From Octopus vulgaris (taxonomy: Eukaryota): 64,000 bases of DNA. Position numbers and translations under genes: made by a program. Below the pieces are notes generated by a model. It was given only the letters and a program-made list of their open reading frames with translations. It did no database searches and had not been told where the DNA came from. This document shows, piece after piece, positions 26,403 through 40,400 of the stretch. Position 1 is the first letter of the stretch; every line of letters begins with the position of its first letter. The stretch is taken from positions 99,944,001-100,008,000 of the forward strand of contig OX597819.1 of the NCBI GenBank assembly GCA_951406725.2, in the 5' to 3' direction.

Positions 26403-27595
26403 ACTGTGCGTAATAAAATATTGATTTCCTATAGAGATGCAACTTCTTTCAATGTCAAATAAACATTTGCTAGATCAATCGTGGTTTTGATCAAATCGTT
26501 CACAGTAGTTCACGGGTACATTTTTATTGACCGTAAGTATGTATAAAACAAGTATGTATGAAACTCAAAGCCGCATATCAGCAGGATTTGAACTCGGAAT
26601 GTAAAGGAACGTAACTAAATGCTAAAAAAAAAAAAATTTAATCCACCTCTCTACTGTTTCTTTCATACTCTCCGATTTAGAAATCACCAAATTAACAGCA
26701 GCAGCAACAACAACAACCAGTGTGAAAATAATTAGTAAACTATAAAAAGGTGTGGAATATAAATAAATAAGCACAAACAAAAACAATCTGAAAATACATA
26801 AAAATGAACTAAATGTTGTCAAGATAGTCCCGAGAGTATAGAGCAGAGCCTCAGCTTGGCCAGAAATACAATCATTTAAAACGACTAATAAAAATTAAGA
26901 AATAAAATTGAGAAAATATGTGTGCCTTTGCAAATCTCTAAATGAATAAAGGAACCTGGAAGATTCTTTTTTCCACTATTGATATATCGAACTGTATAAT
27001 ATTGATTTACCAAACCTTATAGCATTGATATATTGAAATTGATAGCTTTGATATGTCGATCATTATAGTATTGGTAATATAAATTACTTCTTGTATGGAT
27101 AGTTTGAATCTTAGAGTATTAATCGATATTTAAAATATTGCAGTCAATTCAACTAATCAAATTGTCAGTATCACTGTGACAGGAAATTGTTTAATCTAAG
27201 GCTAGAAATATGTCTACTCTGACGTTGATGTTATATTATTGTAGACTAATAAGTGAAGTGTATGGCTGCAAAGGGGGGAATAACCAGAGGAAGGAGTAAG
27301 GGTATTACGGTAACCCAGAAATGGAAGTAAATTTAAAGATAGATGAAGTTGAAAATGTATGATTGAGTCATCGGGAATTAATCAATAGATCAATAGAGAA
27401 ATCATCCAAAACCTTATGAGTTGAAATTTGGTAGTCAAACACGGGTTCAATTAAGAACGAAGCAAATATATTGCTTCCAATTTCGCATTGAGAATGTATT
27501 AAAAAAATGAAAATTGATAATATACAAGCAAACATACACACGCATTCTCACACACACGCACACATGCACACACATACACACACCACACACACACA

Positions 27596-27649
<54 letters not shown>

Positions 27650-27779
27650 GACATCCATACAGACATGTAGATATATATGTATATATGTGTGTGATTGTAT
27701 GTACGTGTATATATATATATATACATATACATGTATAAATATATATATACATATACATTCATACATGATTGTATATATT

Positions 27780-27879
<100 letters not shown>

Positions 27880-27899
27880 TGTATGTATATATATATACA

Positions 27900-27985
27900 T
27901 AACATCCAGAGGACGATACAAGAAACACGGACGGGTCATTCGAATCTTCAGTCAAGAACCGGATCATCCTCGCAATTCCGGACAC
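27900..27985 (-). mobile_element. Short fragment of the Penelope-like terminal repeat seen at 32848, in TA repeats
   Basis: gacgatacaagaaacacggac...cattcgaa..cttcagtcaagaaccggatcatc. Confidence 0.7.
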
Positions 27986-28479
27986 ACATGTATATATGAA
28001 TACATATATATAGATATATACATATATATATATGTATATATATTTATATATATAATATATATAAATAATCAATGTTATGCAGTTCGATATATCAATAGCG
28101 GATATGTATATATATATATATATAAACACACACATATGTAAGTACATACATATGTGTGTGTGTGAATTTGTATTTGTATGTATGTAGGTATATCTAATTA
28201 CTTCAGTTACTTGAAAGGGGAGGTCTAAATAGAAATAGAGAGAATGCGAAAGAAAAACTAAGAGGGGAAAAATGCACAGTTAGGGTTAAAGAAGGATTTT
28301 CTGGTAGCTGAGAAGCTAAGGCGAAATTCAAGGACCAATGTAATTGTATTTGAAAATCACAATTGCTTTTATGTCAAAGAACATTTAAAAAGAATATGCA
28401 AACCGTTGAAAAAAATCGCAGTCAAGTATATGCTGGCTTCAAGGCGATCCACATTAAAGTATGATTTAACCAAAACATC

Positions 28480-28871
28480 TTTTATCGTTTACTTGTTTCA
28501 TTTATTAAACTGCGGACATGCTTGAAAGATTTTTCGGCTGAATGAATCGACCTCAGTGCTTATTTTCTTTTTAGGCCTGATACTTATCCTATCTCACCCT
28601 TTAGCCGAACCGTTAACTTGCAGGGACGTAAACACACCAACACCGGTTGCTAAGTAATGGTGGGGACAAACACAGACAGAAAGAGACACATACACGCACA
28701 TACATTTATATCAGACTTCTTTCAGTTGCCGTCAGGTAAATCTAAGCTCAAGTCTTTGGTCGGTCCGAGGCTATAGTTAAAAGCACTTGTCCAAGGTGCC
28801 ACTCACTTGGACTGATCCCGGAACTATGTGATTGGGAAGCAAACGTCTTACCACACAACCACGCCTGAGCC
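28480..28871 (-). mobile_element. SINE family A, diverged full length
   Basis: Recognisable head and tail motifs. Confidence 0.8.
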
Positions 28872-29780
28872 TATATATACGTTCCACCACCAAACGAAAT
28901 TGTATGCAATTGCTTTTGAAAATACATACGCAAATTCGATTTAAATAACATCAAGGGACCAACGGATAAAATACCTTGGAGTAATACCCAAGAACGAGTT
29001 GTTTCGGTAGCATCTATTGTCTCATTTAGTGACGCCTGGAAATCTAGTTAGAAAGTTTAATGATAGTTAATTCTGATAAGACCCTATGGAGGGGGCACCT
29101 TGGGACTCTACACTCACAACCACCACCCCCAGGAATAGTGGGTGTAGGAGAGGAATGGATGGATGGATGGATGGATATTTGCACACTCTATGAAAAGAGG
29201 GTATCAATGTTGTGCCTCTAAAATATACGGAATATTGTTGATGTCTGCAACTGTCCCTCGGTATTTGTAAAACCTTGTCAATGTAAAAAAAAATAACTAA
29301 AGCATTGAAATATTCAGAAGTTAATGTTCAGCCTTCGAGATTCATTCATATATACGCATAATCTAAACATTTCACGTCACATCTACAGTCTCACTATAAA
29401 CGGTGACCTCAAAATCATATCGTTATAAAAGCAAGACAATCTTGTCTCCTTCAACTGTACAAAGCCACAATCACAGCACGCATGAAAGGAATATTATTGC
29501 ACTCCATATGCACTCTAAATTTGAACAGTACATAATTGCAATTCTCATTGACGCTAAAAATACTTTATCATATTTTTTACTGACGATCTCACCTTGAGAA
29601 CGTATATCTTTAACATTGAGGAAAATTTCATCGCAAAGATTAGCGTTCCTCTTTTGATTCAGAATTTATTCATTCAACAACATTTACTTCATCTTCTCTA
29701 TAATGATGTTTGCTATTCTCGTTTTGGGATTTTATTCCTCACCTGCACACACAAAAAACACATACACAAACACACACATA

Positions 29781-30299
29781 CCGTAAATCCTCGAGTATAA
29801 TCCGCATTTTTTCCCCAAAATTTAAAGATCAAAATCCCTAGTGCGCACTATATACGAGGTTAAAAATAAATATTATTTTCTAAGCAATGTCCGAGACTCT
29901 ATTTGCTGTACGGCAATGTTTATTCAGACGCATTTTGTGATGTCGGGGGCAAAAATACCTTAAGCTAAGCCTGAAAGCAATGAAGTTATAAAAGAATCAT
30001 CCATAACTTGCAATAAGCAACATTTATTAAACGTTATTACTGTTATTACTGTTATTTCTTTATTTTCTTCAAACAAAATGCACAAAAAAGCTACACGTTT
30101 GCATTATGATATATATGCAATAATAATAAAGTACGTTACCGTATACATTTTTACAAACCAAGGACGTTATGGAGATCTCCTTGACTCAAGTTAGAGAAGA
30201 GGTGCGATTATACACAAGGTTTAGGTTTTTCAGAGGTACAGCCCCTTAAAAATCCTCTGCGTATTATACTCAAGGGGGTCTATACTCGAGGATTTATGG
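29781..30299. mobile_element. MITE with Tc2/pogo-like TIRs
   Basis: TA|ccgtaaatcctcgagtata ... tatactcgaggatttatgg. Subterminal tata(c/t)(a/t)c.agg repeats and no ORF. Confidence 0.8.
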
Positions 30300-30305
30300 T
30301 CCACA

Positions 30306-30372
<67 letters not shown>

Positions 30373-30439
30373 GCCCACTCACGCACGCACGCACGCACGT
30401 ACACACACACAATCACACGCACGCACGCACACATGCACA

Positions 30440-30655
30440 CGAGTGGGTGCTGAAAAGTTCCTATCTTTAAGATTATTGCGAAAGGCCTTGTTGGAGACCC
30501 AACATTCCGAGTGCTTTTAGAGGGCTTGGAAAAACTGACGGACGGCTACAATAAGTTTGTGAATTTAAGAGTGGAATATGTTGAATAAAATCATAATTAA
30601 CTGATCCTCCTGTATTTTCTTTTACCAAAGCCAGGAAATTTTCAGTACCTTCTTG
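30440..30655. mobile_element. Mariner-derived MITE / internal-deletion derivative
   Basis: TIRs cgagtgggtgctgaaaagttcct and aggaaattttcagtaccttcttg|TA. The interior resembles a transposase C-terminus (ggaatatgttgaataa). Confidence 0.75.
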
Positions 30656-31089
30656 TATATATAATGGCACATGGTCTAGAGTGTAGGGCTTTGGGTCAAC
30701 ACTCTATCTCAAGGCTACCTCATTCACTCACACTGTACTCTCCAGTCTCTTGGGAAAATGTCATTACAACAATTTTTTTGAATGGACCAAGATTTCTGAA
30801 TGAAACCAGGTGACGGATCCTGCGTGAAAGACACTTGGATGAACTGTGTTGCAATTAAGCCAGACTTAATTCACAGACACACGCCCGTGTACATACACAC
30901 ATACATCTACGCACATGTTGAAATTGTCCAGTTATTATGTAATACGTGCACAAGACTGAGAACATGAAAACCAATGATCTGGTGACCTAATACAATGTGT
31001 AAGGTAGAGCCGTGCATCAAACGAGTGGAATATAAATTTAATGAAACCCAAACGAGAAATACGGAGGAGGGGGCGAAAAAGAAGAGGAA

Positions 31090-31128
<39 letters not shown>

Positions 31129-31213
31129 CAGCAGCAGTAAGAAAGAAAGAAAGAAAGAAAGAAACAAGAAGAAGAAGAAGAAGAAGAAGAAGAAGAAGAA
31201 GAAGAAGAAGAAG

Positions 31214-31244
<31 letters not shown>

Positions 31245-31321
31245 CAGTGAAAATAGATGTCGGACCATAATAGATAATCTCTGAATGAAGGGGGTAAAAA
31301 GAAAAAGAAAATCAATAAACA

Positions 31322-31406
<85 letters not shown>

Positions 31407-31515
31407 TATATATATAGATAGAAAATAGTAAAAAGTGAAAAAACTACAGAAGGCTTATTCAACCACGTGCTTTCACAAACCAACTTTCTCATCTACATAT
31501 ATATATATATACATG

Positions 31516-31597
<82 letters not shown>

Positions 31598-31974
31598 TAC
31601 ATATATACATATATATACATATATATACATATATACATACATATATACATATATACATATTACATATATATATATGTACATTTATGTATGTTTATATATA
31701 TATATATGAAGGGAAGACAATTGAGTGAAAAATTCAGAAAATACCGGTAAAAGAAAATAATTCCGTTCTTTCAGTGATACATTTCTCTATATTTCTCCAT
31801 TATTTTTGTTTTTATATATGCAGACACTTAACCGAATTCTAGCATTACCATCCCGACAGCAACACCAAAAGGAAAATATTCGCGTACATATATACACCTA
31901 AATATTAACGATTACAACCACACCCTCACACATTCACATCTATGCGCATACGTATGTATGTTTTATATATAAGG

Positions 31975-32057
31975 AGCAAGTGTCTTCTAATATAGCCTCG
32001 GGCCGACCAAAGACTTGTGAGTGTATTTGGTAAATGGAAACTGAAAGAAGGCCGTCG

Positions 32058-32130
<73 letters not shown>

Positions 32131-32350
32131 TTGTGTGTCTGTGTTTGTTCCCCCCCCCTACATAGCTTGACAATCGATGCTGTTTACGACCCGCGTAATT
32201 TAACGGTTCGGCAAAAAGAGCGATAGCATAAGTACTAGGCTTGCAAAACAATAAGCCCTGGGATCGATCTGCTCGACTAAAGGCGGAGATCCAGCATGGC
32301 CGCAGTCAAAATGACTGAATCAAATAAAAGAATTAAAGAATAAAAGGAAA
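31975..32350 (+). mobile_element. SINE family A, 5'-truncated
   Basis: From gcaagtgtcttct to the gactgaatcaaataaaag tail. Confidence 0.85.
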
Positions 32351-32352
32351 GA

Positions 32353-32387
<35 letters not shown>

Positions 32388-32388
<1 letters not shown>

Positions 32389-32790
32389 CTTACCCCCTTC
32401 TCTCTCTTACCCTCTTGCGACTTGCTGCCTCAGCCATTCCGTTGCCAACGGCCGCTTGTTCAACATGTGTCTCCTCACCGAAAAGGTAATTATTTTCCCA
32501 CGCTTGCTGATAAATTGTTTTTGTGTCTCCTTTAGTCTCGAAGCCGTAGGGCGCCTGTGTCATCCCTGTTTTTAACCGTTACTGTCTTCAAAAAAGTTTT
32601 TTTCGTTTCATGTTCGTCTCTGTTGCGTTGCATTCTTTCCTTCTGGGTCTGGCCGATTCAGAGCAGATCTCAGAATTAAACAGCCGAAATTTGCGATGAT
32701 GAATCGGTTTCTGACTGAAGAACGAAGGCTTTAAATGACCCGTCTGTCTCTTATGTTCGTCCCTTCGTGTATTTCATGTTATTTATATAT
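32388..32790 (+). mobile_element. Diverged Penelope-like terminal fragment, inverted relative to the 32848 element
   Basis: ctggccgat...atctcagaattaaacagccgaaattt...ggtttctgactgaaga matches the reverse complement of 32940-33009. Confidence 0.6.
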
Positions 32791-32812
32791 GTAAAGGTTT
32801 ATTATTATTATT

Positions 32813-32847
<35 letters not shown>

Positions 32848-32851
<4 letters not shown>

Positions 32852-33872
32852 GGTATGTAGAAACATACAACATGGACAAGAACGTATAACTCTTAGAAGA
32901 CGATACAATAAACACGGACAGGACATTCGAAACCCTCAGTCTTCAGTCAAGAACCGGATCATCGTAGTAATTTCGGCTGATTAATCTTGAGATTACTAGA
33001 TCACGGCCAGCCCTCCAAGAAAAACTAAGCAACGAGCATTAGAAAAACTAAGCTGGGAGCGTAGATTTCCTGGAAGAAGGATCGAATGCATACGAACACC
33101 GGGACAGCAAAAGGGACGAATATAAAAGGCAAAAAACAATAATGGAATACAGAAACATGAAATACAGAAGCATTAACGGTGAAAACAACAAGTGTCTTAC
33201 GACTGATAACAAGCAAACAAATTTTCTCTGGCGCATTTTGGAAAGGAGCCTTATCGGCGATGCCTTGGCGGCGGACGAAAAACAACGATGTTAACACGTC
33301 GCTGGTGGGAAGCTGAGAGGCAGATTTCGGCCAGCGGTCACGTGACAGAGAAGAGAGAAAAGAAAAGAAAGAGAAGCAAAGGAAGGAAGAGAGAGAGAGA
33401 AGAGAGAGAGAGAGGAGGGACAAACGCAACAAGGGGAGAGAAGAGAGAGAAAGAAGGAATCAGAGAGGAGAAGGGATGGGTGTCGAAGATTGACCTGTGA
33501 GTGCAGAGCGAGACAAAGAAATGGAAGGGTAGGGGAAGAGTAGACCAAAGAATCAGAGGAAAGAGAAGAGAAAAAGAGGATGAGTAGAGAGAAAAGAGAG
33601 AGAAGGGGACAGATCAAGTAAAAGTGAGAGAGAGAGAGACAGAGAGTCGTACCAATTTTTAAGAATATGTGCTCACATTAATGTTAAGAGGGTACGTAGC
33701 GCCTGGAATATATATTAAGGTATGTAGAAAAATACAACATGGACAAGAACGTATAACTCTTAGAAGACGATACAATAAACACGGACAGGACATTCGAAAC
33801 CCTCAGTCTTCAGTCAATAACCGGATCGTCGTAGTAATTTCGGCTGATTAATCTTGAGATTACTAGATCACG

Positions 33873-33876
<4 letters not shown>
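32848..33876 (-). mobile_element. Non-coding element with 162-bp direct terminal repeats in (TA)n (Penelope-like partial tandem / pseudo-LTR structure)
   Basis: 32848-33009 and 33715-33876 differ at 3 positions. Both ends abut (TA)n, the interior is purine-rich, and there are no TG...CA LTR ends. Strand is inferred. Confidence 0.75.
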
Positions 33877-33916
<40 letters not shown>

Positions 33917-33917
33917 C

Positions 33918-34523
33918 TAGTGCTACGGAATTTAACGATTAATTAATCAATTAATCGTTAATTTAATTTAACGATTAAACTTTTATTAATCGGTTTCCAA
34001 TTTCTACCCATCATTAATAAATGTGCCGTAAGTCGGGAAGCAATAGTAACAACATAGTAAAATGCCAGTGGAGGCGAATCGAGTTATGAAATATAAACCT
34101 ATATCAGGTCGATTACGCGAACATTTAAATTGTAGGCTGACGGTAATATCAAAACTGCTGATAACGTTTATTGCATCCATTGCGACAAATCGTTCGCATA
34201 CCGTGTTTCTAACACATCGCTTACTTACCACCTTCAAACAAACACTCGCTACAGTATTCGAAACCTCAGTAAGCAAAGTCAGCTTCATTTAGTCATCTAC
34301 AGGTAGCGTCATCTACCTCCAAGCAGACTACTTTGAGCCATACAGTTCTGTTTAAGAGATGAGGAATTATGTACATTATTTACAATTGACAGATATTTGT
34401 CCTCATCTTGTTTGTTGCTAACACAACGTTTCGGCTGATATACCCTCCAGCCTTCGTCAGGTGTCTTGGGGTAATTTCGTACCTGGGTTCTCATTCCTAA
34501 GGTATTTTTCGATGCTGTTGTTG

Positions 34524-34596
<73 letters not shown>

Positions 34597-35257
34597 CATC
34601 ATCATTATTATTCAGGTCACTGCCTGGAATCAGGTCATTGCCTGGTCTATTCATCCGGTGAGTGCTGTTGTACAACATGACCTTAAAATATCACTTGCAA
34701 ACTGGACAGCTAATAGTGGTAGAAGAATATCGATAGTAGATGATGATCTTCAGCAAGTATTGCGCACAATAACTACCTTGCCAGTGCTCTATTGATAAAA
34801 TGTTGGCTGATATTTATAATAGCAAAAGAGAAAGTGTTAGAGAAGCAGTGAAAAATTCAAATGCAATTGCACTAACATCTGATTTTTGGACATCCCTTGA
34901 TAATGAAAGTTATTGCGGAATCACCAGCCATTCGATTGCTGATTGACTGGAATTTTAGAGTTAAAGAATGCTGATTTTATAGTTTTAAATTTTAAAGGGC
35001 CTAAAGGTAGCTGAAAGAATGTCGCGTATAATATTAAATATTCTATGACAATCTGAAAACAATAGAAACTTTTAAACGTTTACTGGTTTTTATGAAATGT
35101 TTGTGTTAAAGGACTCCTGTTAACGGAAGCTAAATATAACGGAAGTTAATTAGTCCGATAATGATGTTCAAAGTTAAATTAAAAGTTAAATCGTTAACGA
35201 AAATGTTAACTTCGTTCATTAACGATTAACAGGTTAACAGACTTTCGCCTAGCTCTG
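33918..35257 (+). mobile_element. Internally deleted hAT (Ac/ZBED1-like) transposon
   Basis: Ends tagtgctacg and cctagctctg, with clustered ttaacga subterminal repeats at both ends. Transposase remnants AIALTSDFWTSLDNESYCGITSH (~34860-34935), GRRISIVDD and RIPCF*H. Confidence 0.8.
34420..34465 (-). ncRNA. Minimal type-I hammerhead ribozyme with canonical CUGACGA...GAAA core
   Basis: Minus strand: GACAC-CUGACGA-A-GGCUG-GAGGGUAUAU-CAGCC-GAAA-CG-UU-GUGUU. Stems I and II pair fully, and stem III is the palindrome AACGUU. Confidence 0.8.
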
Positions 35258-35433
35258 AATATATTTGATCGGCTTGAGACTATAACATATAGATACTTAG
35301 TCAAGGTGCCACGCAATGGCACTAAACCCTGAACCATATAGTTGGAAAGCAAGCTTCTTATCACACTGCCACGCTCACCCATATTTATACATATATATAT
35401 GTATATACATACATATATATATATATATATATT

Positions 35434-36674
35434 TTGCGTCATCCCATTAATAATGCAGATTTTAATACTTTTCTTTTTTTAATCGGAAATACACTCTCCT
35501 TCATTTTCTCCAATGCTCTTCCATCTATCTAGTAGACTTGAAAAGCTCTTCTTCCAAAATTCCCTTGTACGTGACGAAAAATACTCCTCCTGTTCTGACC
35601 TCGTCTACAAAATTTATATTTTTTCCATCCAAATGCTTTTAAAGATTGCGGAATAAATGATAATGAAATGGAGCAATGTCCGGCAAATATGGTGGGTAGG
35701 GAATCGTTTCCCATTCAAACTGCTCTAACCTTTAGAATCTCATGCTGTATGTGGCCGAGCATTATCTTGATGGAAGAACATCTTTCGTCTTGAAACCAAA
35801 CATGGTCGTTTTTCTTCTAGCGTTGACTTAAGCCGCTCAAGCTGCTTGCAGAAGATGTTTGTTATCGTTTGGTTTGGCTTTGCAACTTTCGAAGTGGACT
35901 AAACCTTTCATATCCCACCATACAGATACCAACAACTTACATGGGGGAAGACCTTTTATAGGCTGGGTTGCCTGTGTTTCTCCATTCCCTACCCACTGTC
36001 TTCGGCGCCTGACATCTTTATAGAAAACCCATTTCTCGTTACCAGTCACTATTCGCTCCAAAAAAGAATCATTCGTGTGACGTGACAGCAAAGAAAAGCA
36101 CACATTCACTTTCTGCGCACGATTAGACTGGGAAAGTTTGTGAGGAACACATTGACCCAATTTGCTGACTTTTCCGATGGCACGCAGGTGTCGATTTATT
36201 GTTGAATGACCAACTCCAAACTTCTCAACTAGTTCGTCAATAGTTACGATGGTATTTTGCTCCTTCAGGATTTGCAGAACGTCCTCGTCGAACTCTACAG
36301 ATCTTCCAGGACGAGGCTAGTCTTTCAAGGTATAGTTTCTAGCTCGAAATTTCTGGAGCTACCGTTGACACTGACTTATGCTTATTGTTCAATACCATGT
36401 ACTGCATTAATATTCCTCGCACTTCCCGTTGCGTTGTTTATTGAACTCATAAAGCAAAATATGCCTAATATGCTCCTTTGTCACCTCCATTATAGCTTTG
36501 AAAAAATGACGGTTAAAATCGAACAGCACTCTTCAAAATTTGCACTAAGAATAAGTACAAGTTAAAATTAATACCTGCTTTTATAGCAAGTTGATGCAAG
36601 TAATTTATCCCATCCCTCTCCGACTTTTAGTTCATGCAATTGAAAAAAACCGCATTCTCTATGGGATGACCCAA
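35434..36674 (-). mobile_element. Near full-length fossil mariner (~1.24 kb) in (TA)n
   Basis: TIRs ttgcgtcatcccattaataatgcag and cgcattctctatgggatgacccaa|TA. ATG at 36490 gives MEVTKEHIRHILLYEFNK, followed by VPHKL, FLERIVTGNEKW, HQDNARPH and PPYLPDIAP. Frameshifted. Confidence 0.92.
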
Positions 36675-36727
36675 TATATATGCATGTATTGATATGAGTA
36701 TATGTATATGTATCTTTCTCTCTCTGT

Positions 36728-36798
<71 letters not shown>

Positions 36799-36811
36799 CA
36801 TACCTATGAGA

Positions 36812-37110
36812 AGGGGCACATTGTTGCTTAGGTTGTCGCATTCATGATCGCTAGATCTCGATTTCAGTTCCTAGACCGGTTGGTGCGTTTTGTCCTTGAA
36901 CAAAAACGCTTCATCTCACGTTGCTCTGCGATCACTGCAACACATGATACATGGTACACCGTGCAAACTATTCAGACAACATCGATTTGATGGAGAGAGG
37001 TGTGAGCTAATGTGGGGCACGAACATTTGATCACTATAAACAAGTCACTTGTGCAGGTCGTTCGGCAAAAGCTGAACTCCCATACGTCGTCTCCGGCGTG
37101 GGGGGAATGA
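36812..37110 (+). mobile_element. Old tRNA-derived SINE (family C)
   Basis: Degenerate head, then gcgttttgtccttgaacaaaaacgcttcatctcacgttgctc, a central motif shared with 41483-41725. Confidence 0.55.
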
Positions 37111-37847
37111 TCTATCGTATATTCACATATACACATGTATAAATGTATACAGGTACATAGAGAGAGATAGAGAGAAAAAGAGAGACAGAGACAGAGACAT
37201 ACATACACAGAAACGCATACGTACACACATATCTTTATTTGCGATACCGTAAACATATATATATATTTTTCAAGTATAGGTATCTCTGTCTCTTTCCAAG
37301 TGTATACAGATATACATATGTGTTTCACTTTATGCGTGAGATACAATGGGATATTTATAGACGAGAGAATTTCCTCTTTGTCTTTATATTTTTCCTATGT
37401 CCTTTTTCAACAGTTATTATTGTTGTTGTTGTTGATGATGATATTGGTGATGGGAGTGACGGTGCTGGTGGTGGTGGTGGTGATGGTAGCCTATCTATTA
37501 ATTGCACTCACTTCTCAGTTCTGCCGTACATACCATCTGCCAATGGGCGCATGGCACGTACAATTTACTTTCAAACAGATTCAGTAAACACTGCACTGTC
37601 TTCGTGTAAAGACACCGAAAAACAACAGCCAAAAATAAATGAAAAAAACCCCCAAAAAATAAAAAACAAGCAAATGACAAAATAAGACCCACATAATGAA
37701 GTAAGAACAAGAACAAGAATAACAACAACAGCAAAATGTGGATCAACAACAGCAACAAAAACAACGGAGAACAAAAACAAAGAGAAAAACAGCAACTGTT
37801 CTAACGACGAGATGAAGAAGAAAAACAATAAAAGAAAGAGTAACTAA

Positions 37848-37907
<60 letters not shown>

Positions 37908-37914
37908 TAAGTAA

Positions 37915-37958
<44 letters not shown>

Positions 37959-38015
37959 ATAATAATAATAATAATAACAATAACAATGATGATAATAATA
38001 ATGATGCTACTACTA

Positions 38016-38075
<60 letters not shown>

Positions 38076-38109
38076 ATAATAATAATAATGATAATAATAA
38101 TAATAATAA

Positions 38110-38141
<32 letters not shown>

Positions 38142-38705
38142 TAATAATAATAGCGATAATAAAAAGGTAAAATACGAAAATAAAAGTAAAATAAAGAAGA
38201 AAAAGTTTAAAGATCAAGTATAAATGTAGCAGAGCAAACCATCGTGATTTATGTCAGAGCACCTGTTGTGATAATCGAGTACTGAGTAACCTCAGAGGAA
38301 CATCACATATTGTGTTCCGGGTGAGCGATTGGAATTACGGGGTGGATGACAATTACGACTTAGTTGAGAGTGCGGGCACATCAATATACATTTCTATAGG
38401 TCTTACTGTGACTGGTAGTTTGATAAATGACTTATCAACTTATCTTACTTCTTCATATTGTCACGGTTTATACAAAACCACTGATTAGGTACAAATACTT
38501 TCATGCCTACACCATACGCCTGTTGCCGTGCGTATGCGTGCGCGTGGGAGTTGGATGAGTGTGTCTGTGCGTGTATGTGTGTGCTTGTGCATATGCGAAT
38601 GTGAGTTAGAGTATGTGTATATATATTTGGATTATACGTTACATATGTATATGTACCGTATGTATATTTTTCTATCCATAAATATATATACATGCAGATA
38701 CACAC

Positions 38706-38789
<84 letters not shown>

Positions 38790-38876
38790 ACATATATATA
38801 TATACACACACATGCACGCACATACATATATATATATATACATGCACGCACATACATATGCATATATATATAAATA

Positions 38877-38927
<51 letters not shown>

Positions 38928-39384
38928 GTACATATATTTATATTTATATAAATACATATATGTGCACATATATATGTATTTATATGTATGTGTGTTTGTG
39001 TGTGTGTGCGTGTGCATGCCTGTGTACACGCTCAAACATACATACACACGTTTATCTATGTGTATGCGTGTATGCGTATGTGCGTGTGTGAGTATATTTA
39101 TATGCGTGTGTATGCAGATGTATAAATTCATACTATACGTCGACGTGTTTTGGAGACAATTTGAAATAATAAGATATTCCGTATTGACAAACACACAAAT
39201 TAATCCCACTGTGAAAAGTAAACAAATGAGCGACAGTACATATTTTATTTCTTAGAATGTGGATGGCAGAAAACCGAATCAATTTGAATTGCTTCCGGTG
39301 TTGTTAGACCTCTATCATGTACATATGTCCAAGTTCAGTCTATACGATACCGTAATATTAGCTCCTTAATATATCAACTTGGCC

Positions 39385-39664
39385 TATGTTTGTTCCTTCT
39401 CGAGCCATGCCTGGCTCATAAGGGCCGGTTTTCCGGTTTCTTTGGCGTATAGTCCGACGCAGGTGAGCTGCAAGATGCACGAGGAAAGAGAGAGAGAAAG
39501 TTGTGTCGAAAGAGTCAGCAGAAGTTCGCCATTACCTTCTGCCGGAGCCGCGTGGAGCTTAGTTGTATCGGTCATAGACACACACATCGCTCGGTCTGAG
39601 ACTCGAACCCACGATCCCTCGACCGCGAGTCTGCTGCTTTAACCACTAGGCCATGTGCCTCCAC
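39385..39664 (-). mobile_element. SINE with a family B head and an alternative 3' tail
   Basis: Head revcomp tggaggcacatggcctagtggttaaagcagcagactcgcggtc. The tail (gaaaccggaaaaccggcccttatgagcc) differs from family B. Confidence 0.8.
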
Positions 39665-39949
39665 AAAGCGTATGTGCTGTTATACAAGTTTGACTGACTG
39701 GTTTACATCTATTTGTGATTGTATACCCAAGGCATAACTATAAGCTAAATTTCCTTTTGGGGGACCAAAGAAGGGCTTCCTTCCTCTTATGAATCTCTGG
39801 CAAGAAACTAATGAGAATAATCTCTTTCTTTTCTGTCCACAACAAGTGCTATCAGCATATAATATATTTTTGTATACAGAGTAAATTTTATTTCTATTTA
39901 GATATTTGACTGTATATTTCAATATGTGCGTGTATCTGTGAACATAATC

Positions 39950-40400
39950 GAATCTTATATGCCTTTTGGTATATTTGCTTTGATAACCTCAGATATAGAT
40001 TGGATGGTTTCCCCTACATCATAGATCTACTTAAATATATCATTGGCATACGGTATATTCGGCCACGTGCGTCATTTCCATTACTGTGAACTGGTAGATC
40101 TATTCGCCAAATATTTAATCACGGATAATTTGTATGAGTGAAACTCCGTGTAACACAGGAGAGATTTTAAAAATGCACAAAATACTACGATATACAGATT
40201 GCTACGTTGAACCAATACTGCTTCCGTCGCTAAAAAAGAATTTTTACTCAGCTCACCAGCCATTTGCGAGACCGGTCATTTCTAATCATTGTTTTTTCTA
40301 TGTAAGTAGATACAAAATTTGTGTCTAGGTATGCAGTTGATAGCGGATTCCTGCTTTTGATGAAGTGCACAGATACAGAAATTATGATTTAGTAACTACA
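39950..40400 (-). mobile_element. Highly decayed Penelope-like ORF remnant
   Basis: Frameshifted minus-strand reads AYLDT...RK...TGL (RT end) and DVGETIQSI (GIY-YIG-like). Weak. Confidence 0.3.

Noticed and set aside
28990-29100. Hammerhead-like words (ctaaatgag...ccgaaac on minus; ctgataagaccc on plus)
   Set aside because: Stems cannot be formed convincingly.
32920-32995. CUGAAGA...CGAA in the 162-bp terminal repeat (minus strand)
   Set aside because: No consistent stem II or GAAA-NUH geometry.
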